A DNA stretch of 64,000 nucleotides from Octopus sinensis (lineage: Eukaryota): NCBI RefSeq assembly GCF_006345805.1, contig NC_043001.1, positions 49,848,001 through 49,912,000 of the forward strand, in the 5' to 3' direction. A program made the translations under genes and the position numbers. A model generated the notes under the pieces. The model did not search any database. It was not told the origin of the DNA and worked only from the letters and a program-made list of their open reading frames with translations. Position 1 is the stretch's first letter. Each line of letters opens with the position of its first letter. This document shows, in pieces, positions 1-12,382 of the stretch.

Positions 1-59
1 TGATTCACATAAATAATACAATTGATATATAAAGGCATTTCTGTGTTGTGTTGAATCAA

Positions 60-350
60 AAGTTTTGTAATATTTTGGTCACTTATTTGCTTTATACATC
101 AAGTTACAACAAAAGCAACCCAGCATTCAAAGTGGAGGTCATCAAGTTGTACCATCTGAAGCCACATTTCTGCTAGTTCCTTCATCCCGGGCTCATACCA
201 GTTCTTGTACTTTGAGGTGAACAACTCCTTCACTGAAGCTTCCACTTCCTCTTGGTTAATGAAGTGTTGTGACTGCAATAAGTGAGCCATGGATCTTCCA
301 GTTGAGCCCAAGCTGGTGTGCAGTGACATCAAGACAGGAAGCATTTTATT
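60..350 (-). mobile_element. Mariner (Tc1/mariner) transposase C-terminal remnant
   Basis: ORF 99..359 contains RSMAHLLQSQHFINQEEVEASVKELFTSKYKNWYEPGMKELAEMWLQMVQLDDLHFE, the typical mariner C-terminus following the DYHLF motif. Confidence 0.75.
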
Positions 351-1116
351 GCATAGCAAATTATTTAACTATGTAGTCATAAGTGATATCGGAATTCCAA
401 AGCAACTTCTCTTTGGCTAATTCCCAACAGGAAGGTCAGTTGGAAGGGCACTCTTGCACCTCAAAGACAAACTAAAAGACAATCTGAAGCAATGAAACAT
501 TCCCTTTATTCCTGAGGAAAATAAAGTATCAGAATGCAGGACCTGGCGCCAGTCCTGCTTCTCCTCAGTTCAAAGATTTGAGCAAAGTCGACTTACACTG
601 GGACCAACTTCATGCAAGCATGAAGGCACACTGGCAAAACACTGCTCCTCTAAATGAAATCCTTACCTGTCATTGTGGTTTTGTGACATGAAGTAAAGCA
701 GGCCTTGCCATCCACTCAAGAATACACATAGTTAACGATCCACAAGCACTCAAAAAAACTCAGTCCTCAACTTGTTCCCTTTGCTGAAAGGCTTGCAAGG
801 CACCAGCAGGCCTCAAGAGATACATTCAATACCCATAGAACAAGATTACTGCTTTATTTTACTGAACCCTCATTTCAGAGAGAATTCATCATATGTATGT
901 ATATGCATGCAGTAGAATTTGTTCATTTGTTTGAAGCTACAAGTTCATTCTAAGTTATCCATTTCTGTTCTTAAGATATTTGTGTGCTTGCACACGTTTG
1001 CTTTTTGTGTGTTATGTGATCATTTGTAAATGCATGTAATTTTTCACACAGCCACAAATGGAATCATTAATTCACAAACCAACAAAGAATGTTAACAATG
1101 AAAGAAGTTGGTATAC

Positions 1117-1212
1117 CTGAAACATCAGTTAAGGCTGGATACTCATTGCTGAAATTGCCCCGCCCACCTCCTGTGATGGCAGCAACTCGTGTAACATATT
1201 CTGTATAAGGCT
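1117..1212 (-). CDS. Ptp99A: Coding exon, end of FN3 domain 3 (gene continues past the window start)
   Basis: atttatccag|AG ... TCAG|gtatac; 96 nt, phase 1-1; (K)PYTEYVTRVAAITGGGRGNFSNEYPALTDVS(G). The TDVSG ending matches what I recall at the FN3-3/FN3-4 junction of Ptp99A proteins. Confidence 0.82.
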
Positions 1213-1904
1213 CTGGATAAATGAAAATAGACAAAACAATAGAAAATAATTTTACAGAAAGGGCCAAGTGAAACATTTTTACTAATTTTCCAGTTTTAGA
1301 TTCTTTTCAATATGTAATGAATATTAGAAAATGATTTTCTTTTTTCTATTCTTGGTTTTCATTTTGAAATCATTTGTAAATTAAGAACAAAACCAGAAAT
1401 TTGAGGGGAAGGGATCAGTTGATTAACTTGATCTCAGTACGTTACTGGTACCTCATTTTATTGATTCTGGAAGGCATACAGCAAAAGACAAAAAAAAAAA
1501 GAAAGAAAAAAAAAACTACTGCAAATAAGTCTTCATCCAACCGGTACCAGATGGAAAAGCAAATGCAAAAAGACAAAATAATTTACTATTCCAGAGTGAT
1601 GGTTTGATACAATTGTTAGAGGTCTAGAAGAGATGCTTAGAAATATTTGCATTCTGAATATATATAGTTTACGTACCAAAATTCATAGTTAAATACACAA
1701 CCATGAGACTACTCTGTCCAACCAGCAGCTGGTTGGTGTCGATAAGCTAGCAATGGCATGCCTAAGCTTTCATCCAGCAATGGATTGACAATAACTGAAT
1801 AGAATAGATAAACTAATTACTGGACACCAATTAATAACAACAATATATCACATACATCTTGCTTTGCCCTCCTCACACATTACTCCACCAACAAATATAT
1901 TTTT

Positions 1905-2170
1905 CTTTACCGTGATCTTCATTACCTGATCCAACAGCTTGATACCTCTATAATTATGTGTATCTAAAGCGTCACCTTTAACATTGTAGCAGTTGACTAT
2001 GGTGCTGCTACACCAGTCATTGGGTATGACTCCTTCATATATCACCTGGTTAACTATACGGGTGACTAGGCTATAGCCGACACCGCCAGATATTTTGAGC
2101 GTCTCTGCAGTGATTCCTGATGGGTCTTCATATCCTAAGCTTTTTACCATACAGCCACGCCTTGCACCTG
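1905..2170 (-). mobile_element. RTE-clade LINE reverse-transcriptase fragment
   Basis: PSGITAETLKISGGVGYSLVTRIVNQVIYEGVIPNDWCSSTIVNCYNVKGDALDTHNYRGIKLL, the start of a non-LTR RT domain (...KGD...NYRGIKLL). Confidence 0.8.
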
Positions 2171-2531
2171 CAAACTAAATTCTCAATTTTCAAATATGTA
2201 TAATAATGGTTTAAATTACTACCAAACAATGTAATCATCATCAAGATGATTGACATTATTAGTATTATTATTAATTATTATAATTATTACTTCTTAATGA
2301 CATTTCTTTGAATTTTGTGTTCTGAGTTCAAATACTTCTGAGGCTGACTTTACCTTTCATTGTTTTGGGACTCAAGAAAATAAGTACCAGTTGAGCAGTA
2401 GGGGTTGATGTAATCGACATAATAACTTCCCCTAAAATTGCTGGCCTTGTGCAAAAATTTCAAATTATTATCATTATTACTAGCCTTAACATCAGAGTTT
2501 GTGTGTGTGTATGTTTTTGCATGTGTGTATG

Positions 2532-2566
<35 letters not shown>

Positions 2567-2608
2567 CTGTGTGTATATGTATATATATATATGTACACAC
2601 ATATATAC

Positions 2609-2820
2609 ATGAACTGGCAGAAACATTAGCACGCCGGGCGAAATGCGTAGCTGTATTTCGTCTGCTGTTACGTTCTGAGTTCAAATTCCGCCGAGGTCGA
2701 CTTTGCCTTTCATCCTTTTGGGGTCGATAAATTAAGTACCAGTTACGCACTGGGATCGATGTAATCGACTTAATCCGTTTGTCCCCTCTGTGTTTAGCCC
2801 CTTGTGGGTAGTAAAGAAAT
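2609..2820 (+). mobile_element. tRNA-derived SINE, family C (head ctggcagaaacattagcacgccgggc), well-preserved copy
   Basis: B-box-like GAGTTCAAATTCC; the body ttgcctttcatcc...aagtaccag recurs in many diverged copies in the window (e.g. about 2.3, 6.8, 9.9, 39.4, 40.1, 41.1, 42.1, 42.3, 47.7, 54.0, 61.6 kb). Confidence 0.75.
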
Positions 2821-2859
2821 ATATATATGTACACACGTGTTTGTGTGAGTGTGTATATG

Positions 2860-2893
<34 letters not shown>

Positions 2894-3379
2894 TACACAC
2901 GTGTGTATGTGTGTATAAACCATCTTATAGATGTGTATATTTGTATCTGAATATCTGTGTGTAAACGTATATTATCATCATCATCATTTAATATCCATGT
3001 TTCACACTGGCAGGGGTGGGTGGGTTAATGGATATTCGAATGTGGAGTGATTAAGTCAAACGAGAGATTACAGGGATTAAGTGTCAGCTGGAACTGTTAA
3101 AGGTCATAATTTGTTATAAGTGAAAATAAAGGGAGGGAACTCTATTTGACGTCTATTTGTCTGTTCTTTGCTTTTGAAAATATTTGTTTGTCTGAGAGCT
3201 AGAGGAGTCAGTGACCAATCGTTTTCCTTCTTTTGTAACGTGGGATTACAATAGAAAGGGAGTTCACATGTTTATTTATTTTACAGCTCTGCTGTTTGAA
3301 CTATTGAATGTCTACAGTTGTAAGAGGGAAATTTGTTGCCAAGGAGGAAACTCCATGTTATTGAATGGAATATACATGT

Positions 3380-3419
3380 GTGTATATATATATATATATA
3401 ATATATATATATACACATT

Positions 3420-3468
<49 letters not shown>

Positions 3469-3696
3469 CATTCATATATATATATGTATACATACATTCA
3501 AATATATATATATATATTCAATATATATATATACATACATTCAATATATATATATACATACATTCAATATATATATATATATATACATACATTCATATAT
3601 ATATATATATATACATACATACATTCAATATATATATATATACATATATACATACATTCAATATATATATATATATACATATATACATACATTCAA

Positions 3697-3732
<36 letters not shown>

Positions 3733-3765
3733 TACATTCAATATATATATATATATACATACATT

Positions 3766-3800
<35 letters not shown>
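3380..3800. repeat. Compound (TA)n microsatellite with periodic catacattcaa interruptions
   Basis: Seen directly; it generates the spurious YIYI-rich ORFs of the track. Confidence 0.95.
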
Positions 3801-3801
<1 letters not shown>

Positions 3802-3804
3802 TCA

Positions 3805-4011
3805 AAATATGACCGCGTGTGTACCGCTGGCAATTTTTTTTCCTCCGTATTCCCTTCTCTGGATCTTTCCTTTTCCTATGTTTCTGAAGAAGAGCGCCGC
3901 TCGAAACGTAAAACCCTCCTTCTTCCCCTCCTTCCTGAGCATCCAATAATACTATATTTGTTCCACGTCTTCGCGTTGTTGTGTTTTCTCTTTGTGTTTT
4001 CACGTTTGGAT

Positions 4012-4015
<4 letters not shown>
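3805..4015 (+). mobile_element. About 210-bp Penelope-like terminal-repeat fragment flanked by (TA)n
   Basis: Non-AT-rich island between two (TA)n tracts, with a minimal hammerhead motif and pyrimidine-rich body. Assignment to Penelope-like elements (PLE) is inferred from the ribozyme type. Confidence 0.6.
3880..3914 (+). ncRNA. Minimal type I hammerhead ribozyme, canonical core
   Basis: GTTT-CTGAAGA-A-GAGC-gcc-GCTC-GAAA-CG-TA-AAAC: 4-bp stem I, 4-bp stem II, palindromic ACGU stem III, GUA cleavage triplet. Confidence 0.8.
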
Positions 4016-4048
<33 letters not shown>

Positions 4049-4912
4049 TAATAATAATAACAACTTGTAGATGGCAATTCAAAGGTTTCATTAATGCATC
4101 ACAATATATGTGTCTGCATCCCCCATTTTCATTAGTTAGGAACTTTTCATAATCATAAAATATTATTTAAAATTATTCTTGATATCTTAATATCTATGAA
4201 TCTGAAGTCTTTGATTGCCATTACAATGTGGGTGCTTCTTCAGGTGCTACCTTACACTGAGAAATGAAATTAAAAGGTGGTAGCCAAGAACGTGAAGCAT
4301 AGGAGTTTTTAAGAGTGCATTTTACCCAAAACACACGCACACATATACATGTATGTATATCATTAGATAGTTGTCCATAAGTCAGAAAAATAGAAGAATA
4401 AAGAGAGCAATTATATTTAAATATCATTGAGTATATATCTGATCAGAAAGTTACTTATGGGTTTGCACTAACTATTCTACTTGAGAATGCCATAACCAGT
4501 AATATACTGCTTGACAATATTAAAAAAGGTATGTGAATGTGTGTGCACATACACATATATAATCATCATCATTTAACGTCCATTTCCATGCTGAAACAGT
4601 TCAACAAGAACTGGCAGGTCAGAAGACTGCATCAGGCTTTGCAGTTTGCTTTGACATGGGTACTATAGCTGGATCCCCTTCCTAATGCCTGCTACTTTAC
4701 AGAGAGTACTGGGTGCTTTTTGCATGGCACCAGTAGCAATGAGGTCACCAAGTAACTTGCAGTACAAGAGCCCCCGGGGTAGTGCGGGGAGTAGTACTGA
4801 GGGACAGAAAAAGGTATCACCATTTAATAGTCTTTGTATGTGGCAGATGCACAAGTATAGTAAACACTAGAAATATACAGAAAATAACCTATCAAATACC
4901 AGCAGGGATACC

Positions 4913-5671
4913 TAGAGTAGTTGATAGCTTTCGTTATCTAAGTGACCAAGTCTTCAGTGGAGGTTGATGCTCTGAGAGCATAGCTGCTAGAGTAAGAATA
5001 GGCTGGACAAAGTTCAGAGAGCTTCTACCTTTGATGGCAACAAAGGGCCTCACCCTCAGAGTGAAAGGCAGATTGTATAATGCCTGTGTGCAAACAGCCA
5101 TGCTACATGGCAGTGAAACATGGGTTGAGATGGCAGAGAACATGCAAAGGCTTAAAAGAAATGAATCTAGTATGCTCTATTGGATGTGTAATGTCAGTGT
5201 GCATGCATGATTGAGTGTAAGCGTCTTGAAAGAAAAATTGGACATAAGAGGCATCAGATGTTGTGTGCAAGAGAGGCATCTGTACTGGTATGATCAAGTG
5301 ATGCATACGGATGAGGACAGCTGAGTAAAGAAGTACCGATCTCTAATTGTAGAGGAACCTGTGGAAGAAGTAGACCCAGGAAGACATGGGACGAGATGGT
5401 GAAGCATGATTTTTGAGGTCTAACAGGACTTTGGCAATTTGCTGTGCATGAGAAGACTCACCAAGCCAAGTGAAATCATAGTTGTGGCTGGTGCTGGTGA
5501 CACATAACACCTTCCATGCCAGTGACACCCACTATATAGTTGGAATGGTTGGTGTTAGGATGAGCATTTAGACTGGAACCTGGTGCAGCTTTCTGGTTTA
5601 CCAGTTCCATTCAAGTTATTTAACCCATACCAGCACAGAAAGTGGACATTAAATGATGATGATCCATGCTG
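4913..5671 (+). mobile_element. RTE-clade LINE 3' end
   Basis: VVDSFRYL...ARVRIGWTKFRELLPLMATKGLTLRVKGRLYNACVQTAMLHGSETW (RT C-terminus with stops); ends in gtggacattaaatgatgatgat, the tail shared by many short RTE-tail insertions in the window. Confidence 0.8.
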
Positions 5672-6256
5672 GCATGAACTGGATGGTTTGACATGGACCC
5701 AATGGACCAAAAGACTACATCATGCTCATGCGTCTGCTTTGGCATAATTTCTACAGCTGGACGCCCTTTCTAATGCCAACTGCTTACAGTGTGTACTGGG
5801 TGCTGCTTTTGTGACACTGGCAATGTTGAGGTTGTCATGCATATCACAAGACTACAAAACCTTCTCTCATACCTTAGGTACGAGAGAAGAGGTTGGAGTA
5901 GAGCAGGTTCCTGTTGTAGAGACTACTCACATTTAGGAGACAGAGCAGTAAACAGCGGTGATGAGGTATCTAGGTGGTACCTTAAGGTACAAGGTGAGTG
6001 GTAGCAAGGGGAGGCTGCAAGATTGCCTATGGTGGAGTTGGGTAAAGAGTAGGAAAGATTGAGAGGAGGAGGTGCACAAGTCGAGGAGATTTAGAAGGAT
6101 GCATGGAGGAGAGTAATAACAATGACACAATTGACAGGGATGAGGGGGTGACATGTTTTGGTAGGATCGAGAGAGACAGAAAGAGAGAGGGGGAGAGGTA
6201 TAGTGCATATGGGAGAAAAAAATGGTGTAAAATAATAACATGATTAGAACACTTAC

Positions 6257-6451
6257 TTAATCCTGTCACAAGTGCTGACATGGGATCTTGTAAGCTAGTA
6301 GTGATGTTTTTAGTGAAGTTCTCCCCATTATATTGCCATACCAATTGGTAACCAAGTAGCCGTCCATTGAGTTCAGTAGGAGCTTCCCAGTTTACACGTA
6401 GAGAACTAGCATGGACATGAGTACAATGTGTGATCCGTGGCTTGTTAGGCA
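6257..6451 (-). CDS. Ptp99A: Coding exon, first part of FN3 domain 3
   Basis: ttcattccag|TG ... TTAA|gtaagt; 195 nt, phase 1-1; (L)PNKPRITHCTHVHASSLRVNWEAPTELNGRLLGYQLVWQYNGENFTKNITTSLQDPMSALVTGL. Confidence 0.88.
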
Positions 6452-7479
6452 CTGGAATGAAATGAAATAGAAAACATGTTAGATCTCACATATAGACACA
6501 CAATATTATAAGAATGCATTGAATGGCAACCAATATATCATCATTTAACTTCAACATTTTCTTTCTAATGACAGAATCTTCACTATTACACACACACAAA
6601 CACCAGAACAAACATCCTAAATATTTCAGCAAACAATGTGTAATATCAGTGCTTTTGAATGCTTTGTATATATTCTATCATTCCCAATAGTGCTACGTTA
6701 AAGTTCACTGTATGACCCTTTGCTTATGAGATTAATCCATCAATGGGTAACTTGTACTTTCCTTAAGTGACAGTGCCAACTCTCACCAAGGTCAATTTAG
6801 CCTTTCATTATTCCAGTGTCAAAATATAAAAAAAGTACCAGTCAAGTACTGGGGTAAATAAGTTTAAGAAATTGTAGAATTTGATCAGACAAGGTCTTGC
6901 TTAAGATGAAATTTCTTCAACCTTCTATGTGGTGCCTGATGGACTTCATACTATCAAATGCAATTAACTAAACACCAAGAGAAATTCAAAACCATGTGCC
7001 TTTGTTAGAAATGATTATCTACATGTCACATTCTAGAAATGATTATGGAGAATATCATTATGGAAGGCAAGGTGGGAGAGATAAGAGTGGGTCAGGAAAG
7101 GGGGATCAGAAAGTAGGAGAATGTTCTGCAAGGTATATAAGTAATGAGGAATGAAGTGTATAAAGGGACTGACAACAGGATAGCATCGATGGCGAATATG
7201 AGAGAGTACTGAGAATCATAGCAGTAAAAAAAGATGAGGTGTAGCAAGTCTAAGGTGCAGCCCAGAGGAGAGAGAGAGACAACTGAAGGCATAGAAAAGG
7301 GTGCTCAGTGGAAAATAATAAGGGAATGGATGATAATGAAATTGAGGGGTGGATGTTAATAGGAAGTATTACCAGAGGGAGAAGGAAGTAACTAGTAGCA
7401 CAAAAGGGTGGGGCTGAAATGTATTGACTCTCCTCTTAAGTGAATACAGCAGCTAAATAGCACCATAGTCACAGGAGTG

Positions 7480-8770
7480 ATAGGGGTGGGTGTCAGGGAG
7501 ATGAAATGTGTGAAATGCTCGAGGGGGACATTGTGTGCAACAAAGGGCCCAGTATGTATAGGCATAAACAAGATGCTTTTAGGACCTCATTTTCGCAGTG
7601 ATAGATTGGCCTTCTTGAGTACAGTGAATTACTGATCATTTTAGTCTTTTGTCACCATCTCCATGAAGCTCAACACCTTGAGATCAGCTCCTACTACTTT
7701 TTCCTATGTCTTCTTGGGTCTCCTTCTTTCACAAGTCACATCCACTTTAAGTGACTGGCATGTTCATATAGAGCTATTCTGATCAATATGCATCACATAA
7801 TCAAACCAGTGCAATTTTCTTTGTTGCATGCTACATTGGATTTCTCTTATGCCTGATTTTCCTCTCAACGTACTTGCGCTTTGTTGTACAAGCATACTGA
7901 CATTGCACATCCAGTGTACCATGCTAGTCTCATTCCTCTCTAGTTTTCACGTTTTCAGCATTCAAGGTTCATGACTCACTAGCATGTAGTATTGTTGTCA
8001 ATGCACAAGCATCATACAATCTGCCTTTCACTCAGAGATAGAGAGACAGACAGACAGACAGAGAGACAGATTTTGTAGCCAACAGGTATAATAATAGCTC
8101 TCTGGACTTTTTCCATCCTCTTCTTATTCTATCAACTATAGTTTCATAACATCCCTTTCCACTGCTAATTAGTTCACCTAGGCATCAGAAACTACCACCT
8201 GGGGGAAGGGGAGACTCCAAGACATTTGAGAAAATATATTTCCCATGTATCTTTAGTATACAAACAGTACTTTTTCTGTTAACCTTCCGGTGATACTTTT
8301 CTAATTCTGTTACAGATTTTGCTGTGCGAACAAGGTCATCATCATATAATAGTTCCCAAAGGTAACCAGTTTTACGGCCTAGAGGGCTATCATAAATAGA
8401 AAGGGACTGACAACTCAACCCTGGTGTATTGCTACCTGTAGTCTAAATTTGTCAACTTATGATTAGTTCTTATCTTGTACATGGCTTGTATGGCTTTCAC
8501 AAGCCATTTGTCTATTTCTAGCTTCCTCAGAGACCATTAGATCACAGAGTGAGGACCTCTGTCAAAGGATACTTCCAGATCAATGAATGCCAAGTACAAT
8601 GGCTTATTTTTAACTGCATATTTCTCCTGCAGTTGTCTTACTTAGAAGATAGCAACAGTTCTACTTCCTCCTGGCACAAAACCAAGCTGCATCTCACCTA
8701 ACCTGATTCTATTCCTAATTAATTGGGCTATAACTCTCTATAACTTTCATGACCTAGTTCAGCAATTTGA
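7480..8770 (-). mobile_element. Degenerate RTE-clade LINE fragment
   Basis: WELLYDDDLVRTAKSVTELE (YADD-like RT motif) and reverse-complement similarity to the RTE 3' region at 4.9-5.6 kb. Confidence 0.7.
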
Positions 8771-9454
8771 TATCTCTGTAGTTACTTCTATCTAGGCATC
8801 TCTTTTACCTATATTTAAATCCAACAAGAACAGCTACAATAGATCAAATGTTAATAGTACATCAATTTTTTACTTACTCTCTGAGCTAGTGTTCCCCAAC
8901 TAGGATTCTCTGGAACCTTAGGGTTCCAAGAAATACTGATAAATAGGCTAATTATATGCAAATGCCATTTGCAGTAATGTTTATTTTATTCAATATTCAT
9001 GATTTTATTGTGCACACATTATATTCCTAAAGTAGTAAAATCCTGCTATCTATAGGTAGTAAAGTAACTCTACAGTAAAAATTACCTCATAAGAAATTGT
9101 AGGGGAATTTGATGAGACAGCGTCTTGATAAAGATGGAATTTCTTCAACCTCCTACGTGATGCTTGATGGATTTAGCATTACCAAACTCTTTAAACACAG
9201 TTTGATGCTTTATTTACTTTATGAAATTTAATTTTATGAGAGAGAAATAAAATGATAAATAAAGATATATATAATAATTATTACTCCCCAAGAGTAAAAA
9301 TGTTTGGAAGATGTATTTATAAACAGTTGTATGTATATTACTCTAACCATTCCCATGTTGCTCTCCACCCCATCATCACTTACCTACTTAGCTACATAGC
9401 TACATTTGAAATAACTAGAGTGTAAGTAGATATAGGCATTGTCAAAAAACTTAC

Positions 9455-9569
9455 AGCCTTCCATTGTTTGAAAGAACAACACACCATCAGGTCCATCACC
9501 CTCAGAATTGAAAGCTTTCACCAACACAGTATAATTTGTGTATGGACGCAGCGCCTGCAGTTCAATACT
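9455..9569 (-). CDS. Ptp99A: Coding exon, second half of FN3 domain 2 (absent from the ORF track)
   Basis: ctcttttcag|AGT ... GGCT|gtaagt; 115 nt, phase 0-1; SIELQALRPYTNYTVLVKAFNSEGDGPDGVLFFQTMEG, translated by hand. Confidence 0.88.
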
Positions 9570-11151
9570 CTGAAAAGAGAAAAAGCATGATGGTATTAAA
9601 GATGAGTAAGATCACTTCACAAAGAATGAAAGCAATAATTCTGTTGACAGTAACAACCACTTGTTGCTATTTTCCTCTCAAGAATAGATTTGTCTTGAAC
9701 TTTAATCCATTTAATACATAATCAAGAATGTGGAAGAGTTTAGTGAAGTAATTGTAACATTTTTTTTTATTTATAGATATTTGTAGGTGGTGACAATGGT
9801 CAACCTCCAAGACAACTCTGATCAACAAGACCCATGATCAAAAACATTCTGTCTATGACCATCCCATCTTTCTAAGATATGTAAAGATTACATTCAGGTT
9901 GCGAGTGAACACAATCGTTAATGAGCACTGGATAAAATGCTTGGTGGGATTTGTTACAGCTGTGAATTTTGAGTTCAAATCCCACAGAAAGCAAGATATG
10001 TCTTTCATCTCCTGAGGGTCAATAAAATAAAGTTCCAGTCCAAAATTATAGATTGCCAGAATTATTAGAGCATTAGATGAGATGCCTTTGGGGCGATTGT
10101 TCTTACTCATTGCATTTTGAGTGTCTAGGTAGGTGTGGCAAACTCATCTGCATGTAACCAACAAATTAATGTTTTGTAAAAAAACAAATATTAAAAAGGC
10201 AAATAAAAACTGATTTTGTATTTTTCCACAAAAATTACACAATAAATATGTAGAACCTGTCAAGGAGCCACCAGGTCTTATTCATCAATCTAACAGTCCA
10301 AGGGAAAAAAAAGGACTATATTATCTAATGTGTCATTTGTTTTTTTTAAATGGTAGCATGTGATTTCAGAGACACATGGCAGTTATTTTCAGCAAGAGAA
10401 ATTACCATGTAGAAGCATCTTTATTGGCTTTATCAAGATGGAGTTAATGATGTTCACTGGGTAGTAAAATGTTTTCTTTTCGTATTTAAGTTATTGGTGT
10501 TGATTGCAATAATAAATTTAGTAATGTTTTTTTCTTTTTTTTTTTTGATAAATAAGTTAGTGTTTAGAACACAGTCTTAGATAAATTAAGAACTTTTTAT
10601 CAAGTGTAATTATACAGTCACATTCTAATTTAAACATGTAAGTTTTAATCCAAGTAGTGTAGGGATGGTTTGATAGCAGAGGCAGAGACAAGTTTATCAA
10701 TTGGGCTAAACATATCTCAGGCAAGATGTTGATTAGAAATAAAGTCGAAGCACTCTATGCTGTATAATATAAAATTAACATGTGTAGATCTAAGTTTAGA
10801 GAAGCAGGCATGGCTGTGTAGATAAGGACTTTTGCTTGGTTACCATATTGTCTGGAGTTCCATCTCAATGTATAGCACTGCAGGCGTTTTTCTAATGTAA
10901 CCTTGAACAATTCAATGCTTTGTGAGTAGAAGGAATCAGAAGAAAGAAATTGTACAGAAGCTTGTCATATGTATGTATCTATCTAGATAACTGCAGTGTA
11001 TTTGTGTGAGGGAGAGAGATGGGGGGAAGCTATGTTGCCACATGACAAGTGCTGAGCAAAATCAAGGGGGTTGGGGGTGATATTTGTTCACATTCCTGAC
11101 AAAACAAATCAGCTCAGCACTTTCCAAGTAAACAATAAAATATAAGTTTAA

Positions 11152-11202
11152 TTTGTCAAAATATTTTCGTTGCTTTAAGATCACGACCTGTTCACTGACA
11201 AA
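11152..11202 (-). ncRNA. Minimal hammerhead-like motif with G3-C8 swapped core (inverted arm)
   Basis: Reverse complement reads TTTGTCA-GTGAACA-G-GTCGT-gatcttaaa-GCAAC-GAAA-ATAT-TT-TGACAAA (one stem II mismatch). Confidence 0.55.
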
Positions 11203-11237
11203 ATCCGTGCGGCAAAAATCCGGATGCAGCATGGATT

Positions 11238-11288
11238 TTTGTCAGTGAACAGGTCGCGGTCTTAAAGCGACGAAAATATTTTGACAAA
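11238..11288 (+). ncRNA. Minimal hammerhead-like motif with G3-C8 swapped core
   Basis: TTTGTCA-GTGAACA-G-GTCGC-ggtcttaaa-GCGAC-GAAA-ATAT-TT-TGACAAA: 7-bp stem I, 5-bp stem II, palindromic AAUAUU stem III. Confidence 0.65.
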
Positions 11289-11749
11289 TTAAACTTAAAT
11301 GTTGAAGTGAATCGAAAGGCTTTTGTGTGTTTCTTAGATGGCTTACAAACACCTTCGCTGCAATTGTTTTCATTTCAGCACACGATCTCAGATCAAATCA
11401 CTTGCTATGCAAGTACATCTCCATAATAAAATATACATTTACTTGAAAGAAAAAAAAGAAAAACTGGTAAGGGCTAGCAAAAAGGGAAAGCAATGCCTCA
11501 ATATGGATTTGTCCAATCCCTGCTGCAATGGAAAACCAAAAAGCAAATATAAAATGTGTGTGTGTGTATGTGTGCACATGCATGTGTTATGTTTAAGTTT
11601 TACTATGCTGTGAGAGATCACTGCTCGCTTCAGAACAGGTTACAATCAACCAGCTGTGTTACCCAATAAAACTAATAGCCAAAAATTACTTATCTCCATT
11701 TGTTCATGAATAAAAACATCAGATGAAACGAGTTCAAGTATCTACTTAC

Positions 11750-11931
11750 AGTTTCACTTGGATCTTTCACAACTACAGGCTGCACTGTATCTTCACCAGT
11801 GATTCCATAGATCAGCTGGTATCCAGATAATTCTCCATTCGTCTGATTCTTTAATGGTGGCTCCCAGCTCACACGTGTAACAGTTGGTGACAGACTACGA
11901 GCTTTGATAATAGTTGGTGGACCTGTGGGGA
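11750..11931 (-). CDS. Ptp99A: Coding exon, first half of FN3 domain 2
   Basis: ttattccag|TC ... GAAACT|gtaagt; 182 nt, phase 1-0; (V)PTGPPTIIKARSLSPTVTRVSWEPPLKNQTNGELSGYQLIYGITGEDTVQPVVVKDPSET. Confidence 0.88.
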
Positions 11932-12318
11932 CTGGAATAAATTAAAAGAGAAGAAAAAAGAAATGAATATTAGAATAGGATAGCCATATTAAGATATTAT
12001 AGAGACTAGTATAAAGAATGCCCTCCAGGCGGTTTTCTGCTAGCCACTTGATAATATTTTCACATTTGAGTCCAAATTCTAATAATTTTTGATATTTTAT
12101 GTCTAATTATTTCTTTGTATAATAGTGCTCATTTGCTTAGTAAATATTGCTTTCATTATTTTATCACAATCATAATCATCACAGTAGTCCAAGAACGGAG
12201 GGAGGAGCAGTTTGTTAAGTTTTAGCTTCCCTTCAAAGCAACATAGAGATTTCAATTCAGCAGCCTATCTGTAAGCTTTGCAGTGTGTGTGTGTGTGTGT
12301 GAGAGAGAGGGAGGGAGG

Positions 12319-12382
<64 letters not shown>

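Larger units (their letters stand above)
11143..11421. mobile_element. Fold-back Penelope-like repeat (family H1), copy 1
   Basis: Inverted arms about 11143-11210 and 11228-11297; the long arm continues to 11421 and is clearly homologous (inverted) to 50691-51029. Confidence 0.7.

Noticed and set aside
2350-4014. Many long ORFs rich in YI/CV/HT repeats (also at 27.8-28.6, 38.4-38.9 and 48.3-48.7 kb)
   Set aside because: They are translations of (TA)n/(CA)n microsatellites, which lack stops in some frames.
4921-4960. CTGAAGA...GAAA-GC-TA hammerhead-like string on the minus strand
   Set aside because: Neither stem I nor stem II can pair, and it lies in RTE coding sequence; it shows that core matches alone are not sufficient.
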